A stretch of DNA of 64,000 bases from assembly GCA_035510735.1 (NCBI GenBank), contig DATKGN010000013.1:596-64595 (forward strand). The letters run 5' to 3'. The position numbers and the translations under genes were made by a program. This stretch comes from Patescibacteria group bacterium (lineage in GTDB: Bacteria; Patescibacteriota; Microgenomatia; UBA10105; UBA927). Positions 38,975 through 47,600 of this stretch are shown one piece after another; positions within the stretch are counted from its first letter, which is position 1, and every line of letters starts with the position of its first letter. The notes beneath the pieces were generated by a model, which was not told the DNA's origin, ran no database searches, and saw only the letters and a program-made list of their open reading frames with translations.

Positions 38975-40662
38975 AATGACTTCGTCCTGTTGTTGCGGAT
39001 ATACTCACGGATTTGGGGGCTTATGTCAAGAAGCAACCGGTCGTTGGATTTGTAATAGAACGCAACAATCTGATTTTCGGATAACTTAGGATTCTGTTTA
39101 AATAAATTCAAGAGATCATTTTTATCCCAGTAATACCCAAATCCTTTCCCTTTTACTTCACGATATCCCTGATCCCGTATTTCCCACAAAAAGTCGTTCT
39201 GAAAAAACTCTCTTGGAACAACCCCCGTCGGGTAATACCAGATCATCAACGTATACCCCGGTCCTTGTTCGAGAGGGACTTTCACATTCGTCAATCCGTA
39301 ATATCCATTGCTATCGCCTGTGATATACACGATCGGCTTATTGGGAAGCGTCGGATACAGGTAGGTAAATTGCTTAAGCAATTGTACTCTTTCCGCCGAA
39401 ACGCTCGCCAGTTGAGCAACGTTGCGCCGTATGAGACGAACGTTAACAAATATATAGAAACACAAAATAATTCCCATTGAAAAAAGAGCATATCGATAAA
39501 TCTTAGAATATTTCTTCAGCCTATCTGCAATGCCGGTAAGTACCGCGCTAAGCAACAATGCCCCTCCCGCGCTGCCAAGATAAAAATATCGAGAATCCAG
39601 ATACGCGCCACCTCTGCGAAGAATAATATAGGGTAAGAAACTAAGACCAATGAATATCAATGCGTACAAAATAATTTTACCAACCCTCTTAACCATGTAC
39701 GCAACGACCACAGACACAACTATAACGATAAGAGAAAAATACAAGGAAAGTACATCAGCGGTCATATTATCCCTGATCGATGAAGCCATAAAATTCCCAT
39801 TAATAAATGGATACATCGCTGACTGGAACAATGTTGCAAATTTGTAGAGGTAGACATCCGGAATGAATATTTGGGAAATTGATACAACAGGATAAAATAA
39901 CGCGTTGAACAGTATCTTTTCCTTCATGAACGGAGTATTTGCCTCGAAAGCTGCAGAGTTGGCCGGTATCCGTAGATAGTTAACTAGAACCACAGATAAA
40001 CAGAACACTAAATAGACCCCAATGGGCCAAAATATTTTAAAGATTTTCATGATGGTCACCTTATTTTTAGATAAATTAATAAAGAGTAAGGGAAGTATGA
40101 CAAACACAATCACTCCACTCTCTTTAAATAGGTAGGCTACAACCGCAGAAACCTGGGACAGAATTAAATAATGCCGCTTATTCGATTCCATAAACTGCAG
40201 CAGAAGAAGAATCGATACGAAAACAAACGTTGCCGAGGGCAGCGTCGTAGTATTGGCAGCAAACCACGTGACTGCCTGAATCGGTGTATACAGGCATATA
40301 AATATAATTGATGCGAGATATGACAACATAGTATTTTTACTTAGTTTTTGGACTACGAAATAGAGCAACAACGCATTGAAAAAATTAACAACGATGGAAA
40401 ATAAGGCGAAAGGAAAACCCTGATACGTAAAATACCGATAAAATATGAAATTAAAGATCGATCCGAGTATCCTCCCAGATCCGGCTAGAATACTTATGAT
40501 AGAAAACTTGCCGAGAAACCTTGTGCTTCCGTATGCAATAACATCTCCAACCCCAACCCATTCGTCCTGTTGATAAAATAAATGGAAAAGCCTGCTATAA
40601 ATAAACCCAGAAAGAAATATCAAAAGTAGTATTATAATTATCCACTTAAATGATTTCATCAT
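38971..40662 (-). CDS. GT-C-like polytopic membrane protein, family A (paralog 3 of 3)
   Basis: The product is 563 aa. It has the first-loop motif FYQQDEW and the C-terminal signature LPNKPIVYITGDSNGYYGLTNVKVPLEQGPGYTLMIWYYPTGVVP. Confidence 0.6.
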   Translation of the reverse strand: MMKSFKWIIIILLLIFLSGFIYSRLFHLFYQQDEWVGVGDVIAYGSTRFLGKFSIISILAGSGRILGSIFNFIFYRYFTYQGFPFALFSIVVNFFNALLLYFVVQKLSKNTMLSYLASIIFICLYTPIQAVTWFAANTTTLPSATFVFVSILLLLQFMESNKRHYLILSQVSAVVAYLFKESGVIVFVILPLLFINLSKNKVTIMKIFKIFWPIGVYLVFCLSVVLVNYLRIPANSAAFEANTPFMKEKILFNALFYPVVSISQIFIPDVYLYKFATLFQSAMYPFINGNFMASSIRDNMTADVLSLYFSLIVIVVSVVVAYMVKRVGKIILYALIFIGLSFLPYIILRRGGAYLDSRYFYLGSAGGALLLSAVLTGIADRLKKYSKIYRYALFSMGIILCFYIFVNVRLIRRNVAQLASVSAERVQLLKQFTYLYPTLPNKPIVYITGDSNGYYGLTNVKVPLEQGPGYTLMIWYYPTGVVPREFFQNDFLWEIRDQGYREVKGKGFGYYWDKNDLLNLFKQNPKLSENQIVAFYYKSNDRLLLDISPQIREYIRNNRTKSL

Positions 40663-41774
40663 AAAAATTTCGACTCTAACATTCTATAAATGTATGAATA
40701 ATCGGAAAATGTTTTCGCGTTCTTTCGCATTACCTTCAAAACTTTCATATTTTTATTCAATAGTAATATCTTCTTCGCAATGTCATTAGGATCCGGTTTA
40801 ACGATAAACCCGACATTTTTTTGACGAATATCGTCTGCAGTCGAACACGCATTCGTCATAATAACAGGTATTCCGCAGGCAAGATACTCCCTTGTTTTCA
40901 TTGAATCACCCCACCATGTCCATGGCGATGCGCCTTTATAAATCGACAGTCCGACAAGGCTTCTGGATATCACCTTCATGACGTCCTTATGGAGCATCGC
41001 ACCAGCAAAGTGGACGTACTTATCCAACCCCAATGCTTTAACATCAGCGCGTAATTCATTTTCGTCCTTTCCGGATCCGATGATCGCCAGATTCATTTTA
41101 CTATTCTTCTTAGTTACAAATGACATCGCCCGGATTGTTGCGTCAAAATCAATATTTTCCTTCGATAAAGTAGAAACCAATATAACAGAATTATTATCCT
41201 TTCGTGTATTGAGATTGTGTAGTCTCATGAGAGGTATATTGGGAACAAAATAATTTCGGTTCTCACTTACTCCCTGACTTTTTCTTAGTTTCACCATACG
41301 AGAGGACACATTCCATACCTCATCGCAATATCGAAGGCAGGTTCGATCGATTGCATGATAAATGGAATTTGTTATAGGATTCTGAAATCTCTGCAGGGCG
41401 TAGTCAGCAGTATAAAAAATAACTATTTTCGTTAACCCTAACCGTCGCAGCAGTATTCCGTATAATGCGTTAAGCGGATCGACTCCAATAAAATAGTCCG
41501 GTATAGTTCGTGTATTTCTTAGAGAACGATAGGTAATAATAAAGTCCTGAAATACCCGAATTACTAATGGCAATCTGCTAAATCCGAGGATTTTTACATG
41601 TTGTGATTTGCCGTCAAAATATTCAATTCTTGAACGGGATCCGAAATAGAGCGGATGTTTTATAAACATAAACAGCCGCTTATGCTGTTCCATAAACGAA
41701 GCCAGAATCTCTCCCGTACCGTGACCGGGCTTACCATCGGAAGAATATTGGATATGGCTTGCAATGACTAACAT
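40659..41774 (-). CDS. glycosyltransferase, GT-B fold (divergent GT4-like), paralog of the plus-strand 30509..31657 product
   Basis: The C-terminal domain reads LAIIGSGKDENELRADVKALGLDKYVHFAGAM...ACGIPVIMTNACSTADDIRQKNVGFIV. Confidence 0.55.
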   Translation of the reverse strand: MLVIASHIQYSSDGKPGHGTGEILASFMEQHKRLFMFIKHPLYFGSRSRIEYFDGKSQHVKILGFSRLPLVIRVFQDFIITYRSLRNTRTIPDYFIGVDPLNALYGILLRRLGLTKIVIFYTADYALQRFQNPITNSIYHAIDRTCLRYCDEVWNVSSRMVKLRKSQGVSENRNYFVPNIPLMRLHNLNTRKDNNSVILVSTLSKENIDFDATIRAMSFVTKKNSKMNLAIIGSGKDENELRADVKALGLDKYVHFAGAMLHKDVMKVISRSLVGLSIYKGASPWTWWGDSMKTREYLACGIPVIMTNACSTADDIRQKNVGFIVKPDPNDIAKKILLLNKNMKVLKVMRKNAKTFSDYSYIYRMLESKFL

Positions 41775-41775
41775 A

Positions 41776-42567
41776 TTATTTTGTCAGTGAGATATGAAAC
41801 CGAGTGGCGAAACGCTCATCTGGGTAAATATCGATAACGTAACCGATAAGATTCGTCACGGGAAAAATAATCAGTGAAGAAACTGTATAAAGGGGCTTTA
41901 CGACAATATTTGCTTCGACAATTCTACGGATGAGCCATTGATTAATGATCGAAGCAACGGTAGTCCCCCCGGTATTCACATATATGTCAATTTTATTAAA
42001 TCGCAGAGTCTTTTTTATATGATAAAAAAAACCAAAAGAATACCTAAAGTAATCCATTGTATGATCCGGTTCACCTCCGTGCATTCGATAAAGATAGGGT
42101 ACGGATATCACTGCTTTACCACCATTTTTTAAAACTCTCTTAGCTTCTGAAAAATATTGAACGGGGTCGGCTACATGTTCAAGCACCTCATAGCTTATAT
42201 GATAATCGAACGTGCTTGATTTAAACGGAAGCTGCAACGCGTCACATGTTTTATCCAAAGTAATTCTTTTTTGCCGGTCAATCAAGATTCCTAAGTAGGG
42301 AAAACGGGTCAGGAACGTATCCAGCTTACCAAATTCACCGTCCCACGTCGTGTGATCAGTGGCTATATATTTAACAATTTTCTTATATTTAGCGATCGCT
42401 TCAAGTTTTCGTTTCCCGTTTCCGGCGCCGACTTCAAGAACAACACCGTGTATTCCCTTCAATATATGATCGTTCGCTTGCCTCATTTTCAGGTCATGCA
42501 GCCAATGCGGATAAAACGGCGTCAGGAGTAGCGCGGAAAATATACTCATATTAGGTATAGAGCTCAT
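41776..42567 (-). CDS. class I SAM-dependent methyltransferase
   Basis: Motif I is VLEVGAGNGKRKLE and the downstream segment is YHISYEVLEHVADP...LKNGGKAVISVP. An alternative start 18 nt downstream (MSIFSALL) would remove the overlap with the upstream gene. Confidence 0.7.
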   Translation of the reverse strand: MSSIPNMSIFSALLLTPFYPHWLHDLKMRQANDHILKGIHGVVLEVGAGNGKRKLEAIAKYKKIVKYIATDHTTWDGEFGKLDTFLTRFPYLGILIDRQKRITLDKTCDALQLPFKSSTFDYHISYEVLEHVADPVQYFSEAKRVLKNGGKAVISVPYLYRMHGGEPDHTMDYFRYSFGFFYHIKKTLRFNKIDIYVNTGGTTVASIINQWLIRRIVEANIVVKPLYTVSSLIIFPVTNLIGYVIDIYPDERFATRFHISLTK

Positions 42568-43366
42568 CTAATACTTGAGGAATGCGGTCTTTGAAGGAAA
42601 TACCCAAATTCTTCCTCATCTCTGACGTATTAAGGAGCAAATTATCTTCTGAACCTATAGCCGTATTGAATACGAGGGATGAGGTTCGATGTGATTTAAA
42701 AGCTTTTGCTAATTCGAGAATCGAATACGATTTCGCGGAAGCGATATTAAAAATGTTGCTTTTATCATATGTAATACACCGGATTATCGCTTCACATGCA
42801 TCATGTACTTCCAAAAAATCTCTTTTTTGTTTACCCGAGCCGTTAACCGTAATGGTTCCGGATTCCGTTTGCTGTTTAAACTCATAAAAAACTCCCTTAT
42901 TTGAGTCTTTCCCGTATATGTTTGGAAAACGTAAGATGATCGACTGAATATTACATGTGCCTCGGTAATACTCCACGACCGATTCTGCAATTTTCTTAGA
43001 CAATCCGTACGCGCTTATTGGCCGTAATACATCATCTTCTTTAGACAATCTGTTTGTACGGTTACCATAAACTGCACCTGATGATGAAAAGATAACTTTG
43101 TTTAACGAATATTGCGTGCCTATTGCAAGCATTGTCTGAAGGGTTTGTACATTAACGGAAAAAGCTTCTTTTCTATCATTCGTAAATTTGCCGATAAGGA
43201 AGATTAATACACTGGGCTTTTGTACTTTAAAGAATGATGTTACGTCTTTTTCACGTAACGCATTCCCGGTAAACGAAACGTAGGCGATATTCCGATCGTC
43301 AAGCAAACGACAAAGATGAGAACCTATAAATCCTTTCGACCCAGCCACTCCAACTATTGCATTCAT
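42551..43366 (-). CDS. NAD(P)-dependent sugar epimerase/reductase (short SDR; dTDP-4-dehydrorhamnose reductase-like size)
   Basis: Motifs include VGVAGSKGFIGSHL (GxxGxxG) and YGLSKKIAE (YxxxK). At 271 aa it is too short for a 4,6-dehydratase. Its position just downstream of a PseB/CapD-like dehydratase suggests a 4-keto reductase or epimerase partner. Confidence 0.6.
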   Translation of the reverse strand: MNAIVGVAGSKGFIGSHLCRLLDDRNIAYVSFTGNALREKDVTSFFKVQKPSVLIFLIGKFTNDRKEAFSVNVQTLQTMLAIGTQYSLNKVIFSSSGAVYGNRTNRLSKEDDVLRPISAYGLSKKIAESVVEYYRGTCNIQSIILRFPNIYGKDSNKGVFYEFKQQTESGTITVNGSGKQKRDFLEVHDACEAIIRCITYDKSNIFNIASAKSYSILELAKAFKSHRTSSLVFNTAIGSEDNLLLNTSEMRKNLGISFKDRIPQVLDELYT

Positions 43367-43372
43367 AGATGA

Positions 43373-44404
43373 TCACTGAAAAAGCCATGATTCTTTTTTC
43401 AATAACTTTTCAAAGTCGTAATTATTAAGTCGTGTCGTGGTTTTTGATGAAAATTCATCTCCAACAAATTTTTTGTTTTTCCCATAAAAACGCAACAATT
43501 CTTTTTTGTTTAATTGCGGAAGAAGAACATAACATTTTTCTGAAAAAACGTAGGCACTATCCGACTCATTTTTGGAAATTAAAACTTCGTGTTTCTTTTC
43601 TCCCGGACGACCGCCAATAACTTTTATCCGGCTGCCTTTATTGCCGAACAGTTTGATCATCACGGAAGCGATCGTCTCTATGGTTGCCGCCGGCATGTTC
43701 ATAACAAACGTTTCTCCGCCGACTGATTGCTCTATCGAAGTAAAAATCAATCCTATCGCTTCTTTCGTATTCATAAGAAATCTGGTCATCGTTGGATCCG
43801 TAATAGTGATTTCATTGTGCAGTTGAAGTTGTTTTTTAAATAGCGGAATAACACTTCCGTTTGTCCCCAAAACATTACCACCCCGTATACAAATAAATTT
43901 TGTTTTATGACTATTTATATGTGAATAATTAACGTTTGCATTAATCATGAGTTTTTCACCACACGCTTTCGTTATCCCGTAAATATTGAGAGGTTCGACG
44001 GCTTTATCCGTAGATACGTCAATCACTTTTTCAATTTTATTCTCTATTGCAGTTTCAATGACGTTTTGCGCACCATAGATATTGGTTAAAACGGCTTCCC
44101 ATGGGTTGTTTTCACATACCGGGACATGTTTGAGAGCAGCAAGGTGAAAGAGCACGTGAGACCCTAACATAGATAACCGGAGGATATTTTTATCGCGGAC
44201 ATCACCGATGATAAATTTGATTTTTGGACTATTTTGAAACTCTTCCTTCATCTCCACCTGTTTATGTTCCCCTCTTGAGTATATCCGTACCTCTTTCACT
44301 TTTGGGTAACGGTCAATGATTTGCCTGACAAGTTCATGACCCCAGGATCCGGTTCCACCGGTAACAAATACCACTTTTCCATCGAGCGAATATGTTTGTT
44401 TCAT
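43373..44404 (-). CDS. UDP-N-acetylglucosamine 4,6-dehydratase family (PseB/FlaA1/CapD-like polysaccharide biosynthesis protein)
   Basis: The N-terminus GKVVFVTGGTGSWGHELVRQII matches the PseB/CapD KxxxTGGTGSFG signature. The overall length of 343 aa also fits. Confidence 0.75.
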   Translation of the reverse strand: MKQTYSLDGKVVFVTGGTGSWGHELVRQIIDRYPKVKEVRIYSRGEHKQVEMKEEFQNSPKIKFIIGDVRDKNILRLSMLGSHVLFHLAALKHVPVCENNPWEAVLTNIYGAQNVIETAIENKIEKVIDVSTDKAVEPLNIYGITKACGEKLMINANVNYSHINSHKTKFICIRGGNVLGTNGSVIPLFKKQLQLHNEITITDPTMTRFLMNTKEAIGLIFTSIEQSVGGETFVMNMPAATIETIASVMIKLFGNKGSRIKVIGGRPGEKKHEVLISKNESDSAYVFSEKCYVLLPQLNKKELLRFYGKNKKFVGDEFSSKTTTRLNNYDFEKLLKKESWLFQ

Positions 44405-44405
44405 G

Positions 44406-45425
44406 TTAAATATATGTAATAAATTCCCTCAAAAATATCGCTAAGCCGATATTACGCCATATTATATGCCAAAACACGCGATCATTCACACTGCGAATTG
44501 TCGTCTGTATATATTTTCTTTTCCGTAACGTACTGCTCATATTCCTGATATTCCATAAAATAGCTTTCACTATACTCCATGATGTTTTATATCGGCTGGT
44601 CACTAACAATGCAAAAGTCACACCTACACAAAAAAATAAATGCACCGGTAATATGAGCATCAAATGATATAAACCGACATTTTTGCAATATGAATTAATT
44701 CTGTTTTTAAATGAATGATACTGAACAAAAGCATTGTTCATGCCGCTACTCGTTGCCCCCATTTTATGATAGACAACCGATTTATATGCATAGACAATTC
44801 GGTGCCCAGAGAGCCAAACGCGGTGGCACATATCGGTTTCTTCAAAATAAGCAAAATAATCGGGATCAAGAATCCACCCGTCAACTTCAATCTTCTGTAA
44901 CACGTCCTTCTTAAATATCATACAGGCGCCCTTGGCGGTATACAGATCTATTTGTTTATTGTATTTCGGACTATCTTTTTGACGGAATCCGTAGTGATAG
45001 AGAAAACCGGTCGGTGTTAAGAATGCCCCCACCGAATCAAGACGTGTGTGGTCATCCATAAGGAGCAGCTTGCCCTGAGCGCCGCCAATCGAAGGATCGC
45101 TTTCAAGTACGTTGACGAACTCCTCAAGAAATGTCGGGGTTGTTTCCGTATCGTTATTAAGAAACAAAATATAGTCACCCTTTGCTTGTTTATATCCGAT
45201 GTTATTTGCATGGGAAAACCCGAGGTTCTTTTCATTAACGATGATTTTTGTTTTCGGGTAATGCGCTTTGGTCCACGCAACGGACCTGTCAGTCGACGCA
45301 TTGTCAACGAGAATCCATTGTGTGTTTTTATATGTCTGCCTGGCAAGCGTCGGGAAACAACCTTTGAGCCAATTAAGACCGTTCCAATTGACGATAATGA
45401 TAGAAATGAGCTTCTGTTTCCTCAT
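44406..45425 (-). CDS. glycosyltransferase family 2 with a C-terminal membrane segment
   Basis: Motifs include ISIIIVNWNGLNWLKGCFPTLARQTY, ILVDNASTDRS, YILFLNNDT and a DxD-like FEETDMCHR. A C-terminal hydrophobic region follows. Confidence 0.8.
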   Translation of the reverse strand: MRKQKLISIIIVNWNGLNWLKGCFPTLARQTYKNTQWILVDNASTDRSVAWTKAHYPKTKIIVNEKNLGFSHANNIGYKQAKGDYILFLNNDTETTPTFLEEFVNVLESDPSIGGAQGKLLLMDDHTRLDSVGAFLTPTGFLYHYGFRQKDSPKYNKQIDLYTAKGACMIFKKDVLQKIEVDGWILDPDYFAYFEETDMCHRVWLSGHRIVYAYKSVVYHKMGATSSGMNNAFVQYHSFKNRINSYCKNVGLYHLMLILPVHLFFCVGVTFALLVTSRYKTSWSIVKAILWNIRNMSSTLRKRKYIQTTIRSVNDRVFWHIIWRNIGLAIFLREFITYI

Positions 45426-45439
45426 ACCGGTATTTTATG

Positions 45440-46264
45440 TTATACGAGTATAGCAGACACATAGCCACACGCTATGGCGACCATCTCTGACGTCTTCATG
45501 AAGAGCATGCCGAGCCCCACCACGGGGTCTCGGAATAATTTTAATGGATTAGAAAAAAATATGATGTAACGATTGAGTATACTGGCCTGTTTGATAAGAT
45601 ATTGCGAATTTTCTTTTTTGGCTTTATAACGATCCATCTTCTTACCATAATAATATTTTTTCCGCATGGTGCCAATGAGTGATAGCTTGCCTTCATTATG
45701 ACGGATATGTGCGGATACTCTTCCTATTGATTGATCTCCATGCAGCTCTTTAACTCGCTGCGGGAGATCATAATCTTCAGGACCCGTGATTGACTCATCA
45801 TAGCCTTCCAACGCCTCAAATATATCTTTACGGAAAAAACGGGCAGCCTCAATATAATCGACCTTCAGATAGAAACTACGCTCCAGAGCCTTACACGTAG
45901 CCCAGAACCCGACTCCGAATGATTCTTCTGGTATCACCACAGCGAGTTTCCTTTTTTCCTCAGAAATCATAACGCATTCTTTAATAACCCGGGGAGTTAA
46001 TTCCATGTCAGCATCAAGAAACAGAAGATATGTACCCGTTGCTTTACCGGCTCCGAAATTGCGCTGCGCTGACCGCTCGGGCCCTTTATCGAAGAACTTA
46101 GCAGTATACCGTTTCGCTATACTCTTCGTTGCATCGGTCGAATTATTGTCAATGACAATTATTTCGATATCATTATAAGATTGCCGCTTAATACTATTGA
46201 GACATGCTTCAATATTTTTTTCCTCATTCCGGGTCGTAATAATAACCGATACTGCCGTATTCAT
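45440..46264 (-). CDS. glycosyltransferase family 2
   Basis: Motifs include VSVIITTRNEEKNIEACLNSIKRQSY, IIVIDNNSTDAT and LLFLDADME (DxD). The start was set to the internal ATG at 46264 (MNTAVSV), leaving a 4-nt gap to the upstream gene. The track ORF extends to 46330. Confidence 0.8.
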   Translation of the reverse strand: MNTAVSVIITTRNEEKNIEACLNSIKRQSYNDIEIIVIDNNSTDATKSIAKRYTAKFFDKGPERSAQRNFGAGKATGTYLLFLDADMELTPRVIKECVMISEEKRKLAVVIPEESFGVGFWATCKALERSFYLKVDYIEAARFFRKDIFEALEGYDESITGPEDYDLPQRVKELHGDQSIGRVSAHIRHNEGKLSLIGTMRKKYYYGKKMDRYKAKKENSQYLIKQASILNRYIIFFSNPLKLFRDPVVGLGMLFMKTSEMVAIACGYVSAILV

Positions 46265-46268
46265 AATA

Positions 46269-47600
46269 TTATTGCTCTGTATATACAATAATCGTCCAAA
46301 CAGAAAGTAATAGTATAACAAACAATACAAGGATATTAAGGAGCTTCAATATTCGGCTATATTTTATCGACGGGAACACCCCAGATAATGCCCCCAAACC
46401 AACGGTGACAAGATAGGTTCTAAATACCGGATACGAAAAACCCAAGACTCTCCCCCAACTTTCCGCAAACATTGAAAGCCCGGTCACAAGATAAAATAAT
46501 GCTGATACAAAATAATCTTTGTTGAAATAATCAACTAAAAATACCGCTGTCGCAATAATGAGGAATGGATAGAACGGATACCGATACCATCCGTGAAGCG
46601 GCTCGCTTGGAATGGCAAAAATATACAGTGCGCCATATGCCAAAAATCCCATAACTACGGCGACATTCTTCTTTATGTCTTTTATCATCAGAAGTGTAAT
46701 TGCTACCCAACCGAAATATATCCATCCGTCGACCAGTGCGCGATCAACGACAATCGGGTCGCGAAACATAATAAACAAACTGTCAAAGGTTAAATCATAG
46801 CGTGCTAGCTGCAATTTCCAAAGATTCAGAAATAGCGTCTTATCCAATACTAAGCCATAGATAATAAATGATGAGAAACACAACACGGTAACAACGCCGA
46901 CAGTAATCGCTTCTTTCCACTTTTTAGAAAATAGAAATATTCCGATAACAGCAAGGGGAGCCGCCATCCAGGGGACTTTAGCCAAGGGCAGCAAACCGCA
47001 AATGAGAGAAATTGCTGTTAATAGCGTACCTGTGGGACGCTTAAGGTATCGGTCGGTAAAATACAGAGCTAACAGAAAAAACGGGATGAAAAAATTTTCG
47101 TTCTGCACGATCCGCGAACCGATAACAACCGTGGGCACTATAGCATAAAGGAAGCTTGCTAATAATCCAATCGGATTGCCGTACATCGATGATGTAAGAA
47201 GATAGACCCCCAGAATGGCTAACACTCCCAAAACCAGTGCAAGAGGCCTCATCTTGGCAATCGTCACGTCATTAAACGACCGCACCCCATTAAGCATGGC
47301 AAATCCACCAGCCACAAGCCCAAAAAGCGGAGGATGCTCTAAATACGGTGTCACTAACGTAAAATGGGCTCCTTGCGGATTGTAGTACTGGACTTTATGC
47401 GTGTATTCATCGTGCGGTGACCAGGAAGTCGGAATACCCTTCTCCCAAAGACTGACTCCCAGAAACGTCCATGCATACTCATCAAATGTCGCGCCATCCC
47501 GCGGCCATACGGTATAGTTATACGACCGCAGCATAAATCCTAAAAGGATAATACAGATAAGAATAATCTTACTATGTTTCTCAATCAGTTTTCGAATCAT
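46269..47600 (-). CDS. GT-C fold membrane glycosyltransferase, ArnT/PMT-like
   Basis: The product is 443 aa with about 11 TM. The first-loop acidic motif is RDGATFDEYAWTFLG (DE motif). Confidence 0.6.
   Translation of the reverse strand: MIRKLIEKHSKIILICIILLGFMLRSYNYTVWPRDGATFDEYAWTFLGVSLWEKGIPTSWSPHDEYTHKVQYYNPQGAHFTLVTPYLEHPPLFGLVAGGFAMLNGVRSFNDVTIAKMRPLALVLGVLAILGVYLLTSSMYGNPIGLLASFLYAIVPTVVIGSRIVQNENFFIPFFLLALYFTDRYLKRPTGTLLTAISLICGLLPLAKVPWMAAPLAVIGIFLFSKKWKEAITVGVVTVLCFSSFIIYGLVLDKTLFLNLWKLQLARYDLTFDSLFIMFRDPIVVDRALVDGWIYFGWVAITLLMIKDIKKNVAVVMGFLAYGALYIFAIPSEPLHGWYRYPFYPFLIIATAVFLVDYFNKDYFVSALFYLVTGLSMFAESWGRVLGFSYPVFRTYLVTVGLGALSGVFPSIKYSRILKLLNILVLFVILLLSVWTIIVYTEQ

Noticed and set aside
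43975-43995. GGTTCGA motif resembling a tRNA T-arm
   Set aside because: It lies inside the PseB-like CDS. There is no acceptor-stem complementarity or anticodon-arm structure around it.
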